From assembly GCA_964423885.1 (NCBI GenBank), contig CAYRGD010000002.1:18128-82127 (forward strand): a stretch of DNA of 64,000 nt, read 5' to 3'. This document shows positions 10,592 to 19,635 of this stretch, in pieces. Within the stretch, counting starts at the first letter, position 1. Each line of letters starts with the position of its first letter. The DNA is from an uncultured Candidatus Saccharibacteria bacterium. Its GTDB lineage: Bacteria > Patescibacteriota > UBA1384 > JACPKC01. Below the pieces are notes generated by a model. The model worked only from the letters and a program-made list of their open reading frames with translations, did not search any database and was not told the origin of the DNA. The position numbers and the translations under genes were made by a program.

Positions 10592-11257
10592 ATGACAACA
10601 AAGACGGCGCACCTCATTTTCGCCTTGTTGGTACTCGCCTCGTTCGGATTGGCAGCCTGGGCGTACCCGCAGTTGCCGTCGGTCATCGCCAGCCACTGGA
10701 ACCTGGCGGGCCAGGTCGACGGGTATCTGCCCAAGGTCTGGGTGCTCGCGTTCGCGCCCGTTGCCACCGTGCTTATTTGGGGCCTGTGGGCGTTCATACC
10801 GCGGATCGATCCGCTGTCGGACAACCTCAGGCAGTTCGGGCGCGAGTACAATCTGCTTTTCCTTATGATCGCGCTCGTGCTGGTGGCGATCGACAAGGTG
10901 ACGCTCATCTGGAACCTTGGCCTACGGTTCCCGATGACGGGTGCCATCGTCGCCCTGCTCGGGCTGCTGTTCCTGGGCATCGGCACGCTACTGCCCCGCA
11001 TCCGGCGCAATTACTTCGTCGGGATCCGCACACCCTGGACGCTCGCGTCCGACGACGTATGGGCGTGGACGCATGCCCGTGCCGGCCGCTGGTTCTTGCT
11101 CGCTGGCTGCATCGCGATCCTGGCCGCGTTCCTGCCGCAGCCGTATGGGCCGTTGGTGGGCATCGCCGCGCCGGTGCTTGCCGCAGTCTGGTCAGTGGTC
11201 GACTCGTACCTTGGCTACCGCCGCGGACGGCACCTCGACAACCCCGGTCAAATCTGA
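10592..11257 (+). CDS. SdpI/YhfL-family membrane protein
   Basis: Multi-pass membrane protein with the conserved RNYFVGIRTPWTL motif of the SdpI/YhfL immunity-protein family. The start is MTTKTAHL; the track ORF begins 14 codons earlier. Confidence 0.6.
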   Translation: MTTKTAHLIFALLVLASFGLAAWAYPQLPSVIASHWNLAGQVDGYLPKVWVLAFAPVATVLIWGLWAFIPRIDPLSDNLRQFGREYNLLFLMIALVLVAIDKVTLIWNLGLRFPMTGAIVALLGLLFLGIGTLLPRIRRNYFVGIRTPWTLASDDVWAWTHARAGRWFLLAGCIAILAAFLPQPYGPLVGIAAPVLAAVWSVVDSYLGYRRGRHLDNPGQI

Positions 11258-11363
11258 TACTATTCACCGTTACCTGCTGCGCACCACCCGTGCGCGATGG
11301 ATGCCGAGCTAGATATCCCTATCTACCATCGCTGTTCATCGAACCAAGGTAGAAGGATTATCT

Positions 11364-12662
11364 ATGGAATTCCAAGACAGCCGTTCCGCATTCGCACGAC
11401 CGAAACCGCACGGTTCCGGATCGCGCCGTGACCAGCATGGCCGCGGCAACCGCCAGCGCCCGGACCGACCACATACCGACCGCCGCGACCGTCCGCCTCG
11501 GAGCGGTGGCCGTCGCCCGTCGTCGGGCGGCAAGCGCTTCCAGGGCCAGTACATCGCGCCGGAACGCTACGTCCGGCAGGCGGTCGAAGCCGCTGCCGAG
11601 GCACCGTTCACGCCGGTCCACGCCTTCGGCGATTTCGGCTTTTTGCCCCAGTTGACGGCGACGCTCGCCCGCCGCGGATTCACCGCGCCCACGCCGATCC
11701 AGGACGGCGTCATCCCGCTTGTGCTGCAAGGCCACGACGTGATCGGGCTGGCCAACACCGGCACCGGCAAGACGGCCGCGTTCCTGCTGCCGCTGCTCCA
11801 TCGTCTCAAGACTAAGCAGCAAGCCGGGACCGCGCTTGTCATTACCCCGACCCGCGAGCTGGCAGTCCAGATCGAGCAGGAATTCCGCATGTTCAGCGAA
11901 GGCCTGGGGCTCCGGGCCGTGCTCTGTGTCGGCGGCATGAGCCTGCACAACCAGATCGCGAAGCTGCGCCAGTCGCCCCAGGTGGTGATCGGGACGCCGG
12001 GCCGCCTCAAGGACCTGCGCGACCGCGGCGCGCTCCGTTTCGACACGGTCGGCTTCTTCGTGCTCGACGAGGTCGACCGGATGCTCGACATGGGCTTCGT
12101 CCGCGACATCGAGGCGATCATGGCCCAGCTGCCGGCCGGTCGGCAGTCGGTCTGCTTGAGCGCCACCATCACGCCGGCGATCGAACAGCTGCTTGCCCGG
12201 TTGCTGAAGCAACCGAAAACGGTCTCGGTCCGCCGGGGCGACACCAGCCAGGCGATCGAGCAGGGGATCGTCGAGTACGGATCCGACCAAGAAAAGTTTG
12301 ACCTGCTGCTCGGCCTGCTCGCCAAGCCGGAATTCGGCAAGGTCCTGGTGTTCGGCCAGACGAAGTACGGCGTCCAGAAGCTGGCCAACCACCTGGGCAC
12401 CTACGGCCTCAAGGTCGAGGCGATCCACGGCAACAAATCCCAGTCGCAGCGCCAGCGCGCGCTCACGGCTTTCAAGGGCGGCCGGGTCTCGGCGCTCATC
12501 GCCACCGACGTCGCCGCCCGCGGCCTGGACATCCCCGACGTGAGCCACGTGATTAACTTCGACGAGCCGATGACGTACGATGAGTACGTACACCGGATCG
12601 GGCGTACCGGCAGGGCGGGCAAGCGCGGGTTCGCGCTCACCTTCGTCCCGGCCCGGCGCTAA
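11364..12662 (+). CDS. DEAD-box ATP-dependent RNA helicase with N-terminal Arg/Gly-rich region
   Basis: Q motif, GTGKT (motif I), DEVD (motif II), SAT (motif III) and HRIGRTGRAG (motif VI). Confidence 0.9.
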   Translation: MEFQDSRSAFARPKPHGSGSRRDQHGRGNRQRPDRPHTDRRDRPPRSGGRRPSSGGKRFQGQYIAPERYVRQAVEAAAEAPFTPVHAFGDFGFLPQLTATLARRGFTAPTPIQDGVIPLVLQGHDVIGLANTGTGKTAAFLLPLLHRLKTKQQAGTALVITPTRELAVQIEQEFRMFSEGLGLRAVLCVGGMSLHNQIAKLRQSPQVVIGTPGRLKDLRDRGALRFDTVGFFVLDEVDRMLDMGFVRDIEAIMAQLPAGRQSVCLSATITPAIEQLLARLLKQPKTVSVRRGDTSQAIEQGIVEYGSDQEKFDLLLGLLAKPEFGKVLVFGQTKYGVQKLANHLGTYGLKVEAIHGNKSQSQRQRALTAFKGGRVSALIATDVAARGLDIPDVSHVINFDEPMTYDEYVHRIGRTGRAGKRGFALTFVPARR

Positions 12663-12680
12663 CGCACCCCAAGGAGGCGC

Positions 12681-13076
12681 ATGCACGGTTATCTCGACAA
12701 CATCGAAGCGGCGACGGTCGCCAATACCGACTACCGCCGGGTGGTCTACACGACCCCGAAATCACAGCTCGTGTTCATGCGTTTGAAACCGGGTGAGGAA
12801 ATCGGCAACGAGGTCCACAACGGCGACCAGTTCATCCGCGTCGAGGCCGGTACGGGCACGGCGCTGCTTAATAACACCGACGCATCGCCAGTATCCGACG
12901 GTACGGCGATCGTGGTACCCGCGGGCGTCTGGCACAATATCACCAACACCGGCACCGAGGACCTTGCCCTGTACACGCTCTATTCGCCGCCGCAGCACCT
13001 GCGCGACACCGTCCAGGCCACCAAGGCCGACGAGGTCGAGGACGAGTTCGACGGCCGCGTGAGCGAGGAGGCCTGA
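12681..13076 (+). CDS. cupin-domain protein
   Basis: Small beta-barrel signature G(x)5HxH...G pattern ([22 protein letters not shown]...[10 protein letters not shown]). GGAGG RBS. Confidence 0.65.
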   Translation: MHGYLDNIEAATVANTDYRRVVYTTPKSQLVFMRLKPGEEIGNEVHNGDQFIRVEAGTGTALLNNTDASPVSDGTAIVVPAGVWHNITNTGTEDLALYTLYSPPQHLRDTVQATKADEVEDEFDGRVSEEA

Positions 13077-13537
13077 TGGCCGCCGACCCGAAACGGCTCT
13101 ACCGTTCCGAATCCGACCGCGTGATCGGCGGCGTCGCCGGGGGGTTGGCCGAGTACTTCGGGATCGACGCGACGCTTGTCCGCCTCCTGTTTGTTCTGTT
13201 CGCGCTCCACGGCAGCGGCGTGTTCGTCTACCTGGTGCTCTGGGTGATTATCCCGACCGAGTCGTCGGTCCACCCGGCGGCGACCGAGCCGACGATCAAG
13301 GCCAACGTCAAGGAAGTCGAGCACAAGGTGAAGCATGCGGCCGGCGAGGCCGAGCACTGGGCCGGCACCACCGAGGCGCGGAACTGGCTCGGGATCGCCT
13401 TGCTGGCAGTCGGGCTCTGGTTTTTGTTCGTCAATTTCGGGCTCTTAAGCGTGCTCTTCGTCGGCAAGCTGTGGCCGGTACTGGTCATCCTGGTAGGCGT
13501 CGCCGTGCTCATGCGGTCGCAGCGGCGGGAGCGGTAG
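13076..13537 (+). CDS. PspC-domain membrane protein
   Basis: [35 protein letters not shown] matches the PspC N-terminal domain. Followed by TM helices. Confidence 0.75.
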   Translation: MAADPKRLYRSESDRVIGGVAGGLAEYFGIDATLVRLLFVLFALHGSGVFVYLVLWVIIPTESSVHPAATEPTIKANVKEVEHKVKHAAGEAEHWAGTTEARNWLGIALLAVGLWFLFVNFGLLSVLFVGKLWPVLVILVGVAVLMRSQRRER

Positions 13538-13538
13538 G

Positions 13539-13904
13539 ATGGCCGGCCTCGTCCTGATCCTGATCGGCGGGCTGTTCCTGCTCCATAACTTCGGCTGGGT
13601 CGACTGGGCGGTGTTCGGGTTCCTCTGGCAGTTCTGGCCGGTGATCCTCATCCTGCTTGGCTTGAAGCTGCTGTCGGCGGGTTCGTACCTGGGCCGACAG
13701 CTGGTCGGCATCGCCGGGACGCTGCTCGTCGTCTACCTGTTCCTGTACGCGGTCTACGCAACGAGCCCAGTGAGCCGCGATATCTTGGCGCCGCTCGCGC
13801 CGTACTTCCCGCACAAGGAAGAGCAACGGCAGGAGCAACCTGCGCCAGGCATACCGGTACCGACCCGTTCGTACTACCGCCTGCCGCCGGCGCGGACCTT
13901 CTGA
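13539..13904 (+). CDS. small membrane protein (LiaF-N/DUF5668-like), coupled to the PspC gene
   Basis: Hydrophobic N-terminus LVLILIGGLFLLHNFGWVDW resembles the LiaF-like N-terminal domain. Starts 2 nt after the PspC stop. Confidence 0.45.
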   Translation: MAGLVLILIGGLFLLHNFGWVDWAVFGFLWQFWPVILILLGLKLLSAGSYLGRQLVGIAGTLLVVYLFLYAVYATSPVSRDILAPLAPYFPHKEEQRQEQPAPGIPVPTRSYYRLPPARTF

Positions 13905-14212
13905 TGGCGGTACTAGCCACCTTCCTGCAAGCGGTCGCAGCCTGGATCTTCGGGTTCGTACTTGTCTCTATGCTCGGCATCGGCAACGGGGCCGAGATCG
14001 TGGCGATCCCGCTTGCAATGGCCTTCGCGATCTGGGCGATTGGCGGCATGTTCGACCGGCGCCTGGCGACCGGGCCGGTGTTCTGGCGGATCACGCTGGC
14101 TGCCTTCGTGGGCGCGCTCATCATGGCTACGGGCTGGCTGCGTATTCTCGGCATCTTCCTGCCCATGATTTTCGGTATCGTCACCTACCGCGCCCTTGCC
14201 CGGCGCCGGTAA
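13904..14212 (+). CDS. small hypothetical membrane protein (third gene of the PspC cluster)
   Basis: Three predicted TM helices. ATGA overlap with the upstream gene. Confidence 0.4.
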   Translation: MAVLATFLQAVAAWIFGFVLVSMLGIGNGAEIVAIPLAMAFAIWAIGGMFDRRLATGPVFWRITLAAFVGALIMATGWLRILGIFLPMIFGIVTYRALARRR

Positions 14213-14225
14213 GCAAAGGAGGCCT

Positions 14226-15020
14226 ATGGATCGCACATCGCTCAAGGACTTGGTGTCGCTCGCCGGGAGTACAGCGCTCGTGACCGGCGGGGCGATGGGG
14301 ATCGGCGAGGGGATCGCCTACCGCTTGGCCGAAGCCGGCGCGAACGTGGTGATCGCTGACCTCGACGACGAGGCCGCTGCGGCAGCGGTGGCCGCGTACC
14401 AAGCCAAGGGTTGGTCGGCCGCAGCCGTGCATCTCGACGTCGCCGATCCGGAATCGGTCGGTGCTGCGATTGCGTTCGCGGTCGAGACGTACGGCAGCCT
14501 CGATATCCTGGTCAACAACGCCGGCATCTACCCGCAGAAGCTGGTCATGGAGATGACGCCCGACGACTTCGACCGCGTGATCGCGGTCAACCTGCGCGGG
14601 GTGTACCTGATGACCCACGTCGCGGCTGCCCAGATGATCAAGCAGGGCAAAGGCGGTCGGATCGTCAACGTCACCTCGGTCGACGCGCTCCACCCGTCGA
14701 TGACCGGCCTTGCCCACTACGACGCAAGCAAGCACGGCGTCTGGGGGTTCACCAAGAACGTCGCGCTCGAGCTGGCCGAGCACAATATCCGCGTGAACGC
14801 GCTCGCGCCGGGCGGGATCAGTACGCCAGGCGTCGCGAAGTTGTCAGGCGGCGGCCAGGCGGACGAGTCCGTCATTAAAGCCTTCGAGGCCAAGATTCCC
14901 ATGCACCGGTTCGGCGAGCCCGACGATATCGGCCGGGCAGCGCTGTTCCTCGCATCCGATTTGAGTTCGTACATGACCGGCGCCCAGGTGGTCGTCGACG
15001 GCGGCGTCCTGCTGCGCTAG
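14226..15020 (+). CDS. SDR-family NAD(P)-dependent oxidoreductase (FabG-like)
   Basis: TGGAMGIGEGIA (TGxxxGIG cofactor motif), NNAG, catalytic YDASK (YxxxK). AAGGAGG RBS before the ATG at 14226. Confidence 0.85.
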   Translation: MDRTSLKDLVSLAGSTALVTGGAMGIGEGIAYRLAEAGANVVIADLDDEAAAAAVAAYQAKGWSAAAVHLDVADPESVGAAIAFAVETYGSLDILVNNAGIYPQKLVMEMTPDDFDRVIAVNLRGVYLMTHVAAAQMIKQGKGGRIVNVTSVDALHPSMTGLAHYDASKHGVWGFTKNVALELAEHNIRVNALAPGGISTPGVAKLSGGGQADESVIKAFEAKIPMHRFGEPDDIGRAALFLASDLSSYMTGAQVVVDGGVLLR

Positions 15021-15038
15021 TAGATCCAAGGAGGGGCT

Positions 15039-15425
15039 ATGGCAACATCCAAGTACATTCCCGGCGTCTGCAATATCGGCCCGGGCCAAGTGCAGGTCCG
15101 CAGAGTCTTCGGCATGGTCGGGGCGCTGACTGCGATCGTCACCTGGGATCTGCTCATCCGCGTGGGTGCTAGTCCGGCATGGTACTGGCTACTCACCGTA
15201 CCGACCGCCGCGGCGGCACTCGGTTTCCTGCAGGCGGCGAGCCGGTTCTGTGCGGACTTCGGTCTGCGCGGCGTATTCAATATGGACCCGGCTGTTACGG
15301 GCAGCGACTCACCGGTCCAAGCGAAATACCGTGCCCAGGATCGGCGCAAGGCAATCGGCCTGCTTTTCTACTCGGTCGTGATCGGGTCGCTCGTCGCAGC
15401 CGCTGCGTTCGCGTTGGCGGCCTAG
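15039..15425 (+). CDS. hypothetical membrane protein
   Basis: AAGGAGG RBS. Two hydrophobic segments. No recognisable motif. Confidence 0.4.
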   Translation: MATSKYIPGVCNIGPGQVQVRRVFGMVGALTAIVTWDLLIRVGASPAWYWLLTVPTAAAALGFLQAASRFCADFGLRGVFNMDPAVTGSDSPVQAKYRAQDRRKAIGLLFYSVVIGSLVAAAAFALAA

Positions 15426-15429
15426 GCCG

Positions 15430-16665
15430 TTACTGCGGCCGGAGTACGCGCATCGAGCGGACCTGGCTCGTGGCGTAACCGCGCCCGCCGCCCAAGGGAT
15501 CTTCCATGAGGTAGTGGTCGCCGGACTTGCCCTCGACCACCACGAAGTGCGACGAGCCGTCGGCGTTCAGGGCGCCCACCTGCGGTAGGTACACGCTCAG
15601 GATTACCGGGTGGTTCTGCGCGAGTTCGGCATCCACTGTCCGCCAGTTGACCGGCCCTTGGTCGGTGACCACAAGTCCGAGGCCGCTCACGATCGTCGAG
15701 ACGAAGGCGTTACCGTTGCGGTCGAACCAGCTGGCGTGGTTGGCGATATCCGGAGGCGTCACCCGGTGGCCGTAGAACGTCGAGACCATGGCGATCGAAG
15801 TGACCAGACAGCCGTAGTCATGGATCGTGAACGGGCTGTTGCCCAGGGTCGTCTGGTAGTTGAGCTGGTTGTAGGCCCAGCTGGCCGAGCTGCTGGTCGA
15901 GATGATGTCGGTGCCCCAGCGCGCGGTGGCGGTAAGCACGCTCAGCTTCGCCTCGATCGCGAGCACCTGGGCTTGCAGCGCCTTCGCCTCGGTCGAGGCG
16001 GACTGCTGTTCGGCTACGGCCTGGGCCTGTTCGGCGAGCGTCGTCGCTTTGGCGGCGGCGATCTGCGCCTTGGCGCTTTCCTGCTTCGCCTTGAGCGCGG
16101 TCAGCTCGTCCTGCTGTTCCTTGAGGGCGTCCTGCTCCTGCTTGAGCGCGGCCTGCTTGGTTTTGATCTCGCCGATCGCCAGTTCGAGCGACTCGCTGAT
16201 CGAATTGAAGTACTGCTGGCGGTTAATGAGGTCGGATACGCTGTTGCTCGTGATGGCGGCCAGCGTCGGGTCGAACCCGCCTTCCTCGTACAGGTTGCGC
16301 AGGAGCTCGTCTTTGTTCCGGTTCTGGGTGTCGAGCGCGGCCTGCGCCTCGGCCATGGCGGCCTGCTTGTCGGCGATATTCTTGGTCACATCGCCTATCG
16401 TCTGCTCGGTTTGGGAAAGCTCGGCCTGGGTATCGGCCAGTTGGGCAGTCAGTGACTGCGCCTGGCTCTTGAACTGCGCCGCGTCCTTGGCCGCCTGCGC
16501 TGCTTCCTGCTGCTTGCGGGCGGCTTCTTCCTTCAGCTTCTTCTGTTGGTTCTGCAGTTGCTGCACCTGGCTCGAGGTCAATGCCTCGGCCGGCGCGCTC
16601 CCGAGCGCGAAAAACGACACTCCAAGGAGTGCCAGTACTACGTAGACCCGGAATCTGTGTCCCAT
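15430..16665 (-). CDS. secreted coiled-coil protein with C-terminal C39-like (papain-fold) cysteine peptidase domain; PcsB-like cell-wall hydrolase candidate
   Basis: Signal peptide, ~220 aa of Q/A/K/E-rich heptad-like coiled coil, then a C-terminal domain with a Cys in the YGCLVTSIAMV context and a downstream His, typical of Peptidase_C39_2-like folds. Confidence 0.6.
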   Translation of the reverse strand: MGHRFRVYVVLALLGVSFFALGSAPAEALTSSQVQQLQNQQKKLKEEAARKQQEAAQAAKDAAQFKSQAQSLTAQLADTQAELSQTEQTIGDVTKNIADKQAAMAEAQAALDTQNRNKDELLRNLYEEGGFDPTLAAITSNSVSDLINRQQYFNSISESLELAIGEIKTKQAALKQEQDALKEQQDELTALKAKQESAKAQIAAAKATTLAEQAQAVAEQQSASTEAKALQAQVLAIEAKLSVLTATARWGTDIISTSSSASWAYNQLNYQTTLGNSPFTIHDYGCLVTSIAMVSTFYGHRVTPPDIANHASWFDRNGNAFVSTIVSGLGLVVTDQGPVNWRTVDAELAQNHPVILSVYLPQVGALNADGSSHFVVVEGKSGDHYLMEDPLGGGRGYATSQVRSMRVLRPQ

Positions 16666-16814
16666 CCCGCTCCTTTCGTGCGGAGGTACTATAGCACACT
16701 ATCTCTCGCGGTACCGCTGGTTTGCCGGTGGCCGGCTGTGGAAATACGGGAGTTTGACATTTCCCACGTCCGGAGTTTGTATAGACATACTATATAGAGG
16801 GAAAGGAGCGGGGC

Positions 16815-17675
16815 ATGAGGAACGTACTTGCGCGGATGCGCGGACTGGTTGCGGTCGGGGCTGTGGTGCTGTCTGGGGTGTTTCCGGTGCTGGGCGCTGC
16901 CCAGATCGCAACGGCCGCCACACCGCCGACTTGGGATGTCCGCGGGAACTACACGGTTAACTTCCACTGCCTGACCGGCTGTTCCGGCGATTGGCTGCAC
17001 AGCATGCACGTGGCGAGCGAGAACTTCGGCAACGGCAACTTCGCCGGTACGGGTTACTATATCCCGGATACGAGCTACACCTGGAATATGACTGGCAACA
17101 CGACCGGTGACGCCGTGGCGTTCACGATCGTGTACACCGGCACCGAGGCGGGCTCGACCTACAATCTTGTCGGCACGATCGACGAGGACGGCCGCATGGC
17201 TGGCACGGCGAGCGGCAACGGCGCAACGTTCACCTGGGACGCGCCGACCGGCATGGCGATCGAGGTCGTGGGCAACGGCGTGAAGCCGGCGGGCTGCACC
17301 GGCACCTATACGAGCGTGATCCAGGGCACGAACGGCAACGATACCTTGAAGGGCACGGCCCAGAACGACCTTATCTTCGGCTACGGCGGCAACGATAAGA
17401 TCACCGGCGCGAGCGGCAACGACTGCATCGTCGGCGGGGCAGGCAAGGATACGATTGACGGCGGCTCGGGCAGCGACGTCATCTACGGCAAGGGCGGCGC
17501 GGACACAATCGACGGCGGTGCGGGCGATGATACGATCTACGGCAACGCCGGTGACGACAAGCTGTCGGGCGGTTCGGGCAACGACACGATCGTGGGTGGC
17601 AACGGCACCGACACTGCCGACGGCGGCACCGGCACGGATTCGTGCAGCGCCGAAACCACCAAGAAGTGCGAGTAA
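16815..17675 (+). CDS. secreted protein with RTX-type (hemolysin-type) calcium-binding nonapeptide repeats
   Basis: Signal peptide, then a C-terminal run of GGxGxDx[IL]x repeats (GYGGNDKITGASGNDCIVGGAGKDTIDGGSGSDVIYGKGGADTIDGGAGDDTIYGNAGDDKLSGGSGNDTIVGG). GGAAAGGAG RBS. Confidence 0.7.
   Translation: MRNVLARMRGLVAVGAVVLSGVFPVLGAAQIATAATPPTWDVRGNYTVNFHCLTGCSGDWLHSMHVASENFGNGNFAGTGYYIPDTSYTWNMTGNTTGDAVAFTIVYTGTEAGSTYNLVGTIDEDGRMAGTASGNGATFTWDAPTGMAIEVVGNGVKPAGCTGTYTSVIQGTNGNDTLKGTAQNDLIFGYGGNDKITGASGNDCIVGGAGKDTIDGGSGSDVIYGKGGADTIDGGAGDDTIYGNAGDDKLSGGSGNDTIVGGNGTDTADGGTGTDSCSAETTKKCE
17380..17650 (+). repeat. tandem 27-bp (nonapeptide GGxGxDxIx) coding repeats inside the RTX-like gene
   Basis: About 10 consecutive nonapeptide units are visible in the translation. 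Confidence 0.6.
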
Positions 17676-17735
17676 TACGCTCCTAGTAATGGAACGCGGT
17701 GCCACCGGGCGCCGCGTTTTTGGTACTGTACCCCT

Positions 17736-19235
17736 ATGAAGCTCCAGCTGACCAAGTCCGACTACATGATGTACCTCAAGCACCCGGCGTGGCTGTGGCT
17801 CAAAAAGCACGACAAGTCGAAGCTGCCCCCGGTCGACGACAACTTGCAGGCCGTATTCGACACCGGCCACAAGTTCGAGCCGTACGCCGAGGCACGGTTC
17901 CCCGGCGGCACCACGCTCGGGTTCAACGACTACGGCCAGTACCTGTCGTTGCCGAAGCGCACCCAGGCCGCGCTCGACGAGGGCGCCGCGACCCTGTTCC
18001 AGGGGCGGGTGGAGCACGGCCAGCTGACCTGCATCTTCGACGTGCTCGAACGTACGGAGGGCGGCTATAATCTGTACGAGATTAAGTCCGCTACCCGCGA
18101 AAAGCGCGAGCACCTGCTCGACCTGGCGTTCCAGAAGCACGTGCTCGAACTGGCCGGACTGCCGGTCAAGCGCTGTAGCGTCATCGTCGTCAACCCGCGC
18201 TACGTCCGCCGCGGCGACATCGAGGCGCGCAAGCTCACCCGTGTGATCGACGTGACCGCCGAGGTCGACGCGCTCGCCGAGCAGACCAAGACGGATATCG
18301 CCGCCGCGCTCGCGGTCATGGACTCTCCGACCCGACCGGACATCTCGCCCCGCTACGCCCAGGGCTATTACGTCAAAGATTGGATCGAGATCTTCCTGTC
18401 GCTGTCGGCTACGGATACCGACCCGTACAGCATATACCGGCTGTCGTCGCTCAAGGGTGATCTGCTCGGAGAACTCGAGGACCAGGGGATCCAAAAGATC
18501 AGCCAGATCCCGCCGGATTTCCCGCTGCAGCACGCCAAGTACCAGCGGGTGGTCGAGCTGTCGCGCCTGGGTGCGCCGGTCATCGACGCGGCCAAGGTGG
18601 CGGATTTTCTACGCACCTTTACGTTCCCGCTCTACTTCTTCGACTACGAAACCATGAGCAGCATCATCCCGCCGTTCGACGGCACGCGCCCGTTCCAGCA
18701 GCTGCCCACCCAGTACTCGCTCCACATCCTGCCCGCGCCCGGCGCCGAGCTCGTCCACAAGGAATTCCTCCACCGCGATTCGAGCGACCCGTGCCTGCCA
18801 TTGCTCAAGCAGCTAGTGGAGGATATCGGGACGGAAGGGACCGTGCTCGCGTGGTACGACAAGTTCGAAAAGGGCGTCAACGAATCGCTCGGCGAGCTCC
18901 ACCCCGACTACAAAGACCGAATGACGGCCCTGAACGACCGCATCCTCGACCTGATGACCCCGTTCTCGCAGGGTTGGTACGAGGACTACCGGTTTTTGGG
19001 CAGCGCCAGTATCAAGAAGGTGCTGCCAGTACTGGTGCCCGACCTGACCTATAAAACGCTTACCGTACAGAACGGCGAAGCCGCCCAGCGTCTTTGGATG
19101 GAAACCGTGCTCGAGGGCAAGAATCCCGACGGCAAGGAGCAGCTGTTCAAAGATCTCTTGGAATACTGTGGCCTGGACACCTACGCGATGGTGCGGATTT
19201 ACCAAGCCCTACTTGAGCGGAGTGCAGGGGCGTAG
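17736..19235 (+). CDS. DUF2779-domain protein
   Basis: The N-terminus MKLQLTKSDYMMYLKHPAWLWL matches the DUF2779 signature (S[KR].Y..G.QC.K.LWL-like). ~500 aa is typical for this family. Preceded by a TGGTACTGT-N6-ATG leaderless-type promoter. Confidence 0.55.
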   Translation: MKLQLTKSDYMMYLKHPAWLWLKKHDKSKLPPVDDNLQAVFDTGHKFEPYAEARFPGGTTLGFNDYGQYLSLPKRTQAALDEGAATLFQGRVEHGQLTCIFDVLERTEGGYNLYEIKSATREKREHLLDLAFQKHVLELAGLPVKRCSVIVVNPRYVRRGDIEARKLTRVIDVTAEVDALAEQTKTDIAAALAVMDSPTRPDISPRYAQGYYVKDWIEIFLSLSATDTDPYSIYRLSSLKGDLLGELEDQGIQKISQIPPDFPLQHAKYQRVVELSRLGAPVIDAAKVADFLRTFTFPLYFFDYETMSSIIPPFDGTRPFQQLPTQYSLHILPAPGAELVHKEFLHRDSSDPCLPLLKQLVEDIGTEGTVLAWYDKFEKGVNESLGELHPDYKDRMTALNDRILDLMTPFSQGWYEDYRFLGSASIKKVLPVLVPDLTYKTLTVQNGEAAQRLWMETVLEGKNPDGKEQLFKDLLEYCGLDTYAMVRIYQALLERSAGA

Positions 19236-19258
19236 CCGAAAAGTGATATATTCAAGGC

Positions 19259-19624
19259 ATGGCTTCTGAATTGCAGGAACTAACACGGCGGATCACCGCG
19301 TTCCGTGACGCGCGGGACTGGAAACAGTTCCACAACCCCAAAGACCTAGCGTTATCGTTAGTGCTAGAAGCCGCCGAGGTGATGGAGCACTTCCAGTGGA
19401 AGTCACCGGACGAAATCGCAGACTACGTACAATCAAACAAAGAGGATATTGCCGAGGAGCTGGCTGACACGCTCTACTGGACGCTGCTGCTCGCACACGA
19501 TCTGGATATCGACCTGGCCGACGCTTTTTCGCGCAAGATGGCGAAGAACGATGCAAAGTATCCTGCCGATCAAGCCAAGGGGCGGCACGATAAATATACG
19601 GCGTACCGTCGATCCAAGATTTGA
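19259..19624 (+). CDS. MazG-like all-alpha nucleotide pyrophosphohydrolase
   Basis: 121 aa. EExxE and ELADxLYW motifs of the MazG/NTP-PPase fold (LEAAEVMEHFQW...EELADTLYWTLLLAHDLDIDL). Intermediate GC (~54%). Its stop overlaps the RBS/start region of mod. Confidence 0.7.
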   Translation: MASELQELTRRITAFRDARDWKQFHNPKDLALSLVLEAAEVMEHFQWKSPDEIADYVQSNKEDIAEELADTLYWTLLLAHDLDIDLADAFSRKMAKNDAKYPADQAKGRHDKYTAYRRSKI

Positions 19625-19635
19625 GGAGTCTCAAC

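Noticed and set aside
10528-11010. 5' extension of the 9268-11010 minus ORF
   Set aside because: Overlaps the SdpI-like gene on the other strand and lacks coding character. The MNENEQ start at 10527 is followed by a TM helix and is consistent with the convergent terminator layout.
11358-12686. 442-aa minus-strand ORF
   Set aside because: Antisense of the DEAD-box helicase gene. Arg/Gly/Asp-rich translation typical of GC-rich shadow frames.
16740-16814. Promoter for the RTX-like gene using the TTGACA at ~16755
   Set aside because: The consensus -35 hexamer is present, but no TAnnnT -10 lies 16-19 bp downstream (TTGTAT / TATAGA do not fit well). A TACTAT box nearer the RBS lacks a -35. Left unannotated as too ambiguous.
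16689-18533. 614-aa ORF on the minus strand
   Set aside because: Antisense to the RTX-like and DUF2779 genes. High-GC genomes give long stop-free antisense frames. The product is low-complexity Arg/Ala-rich with no motif.
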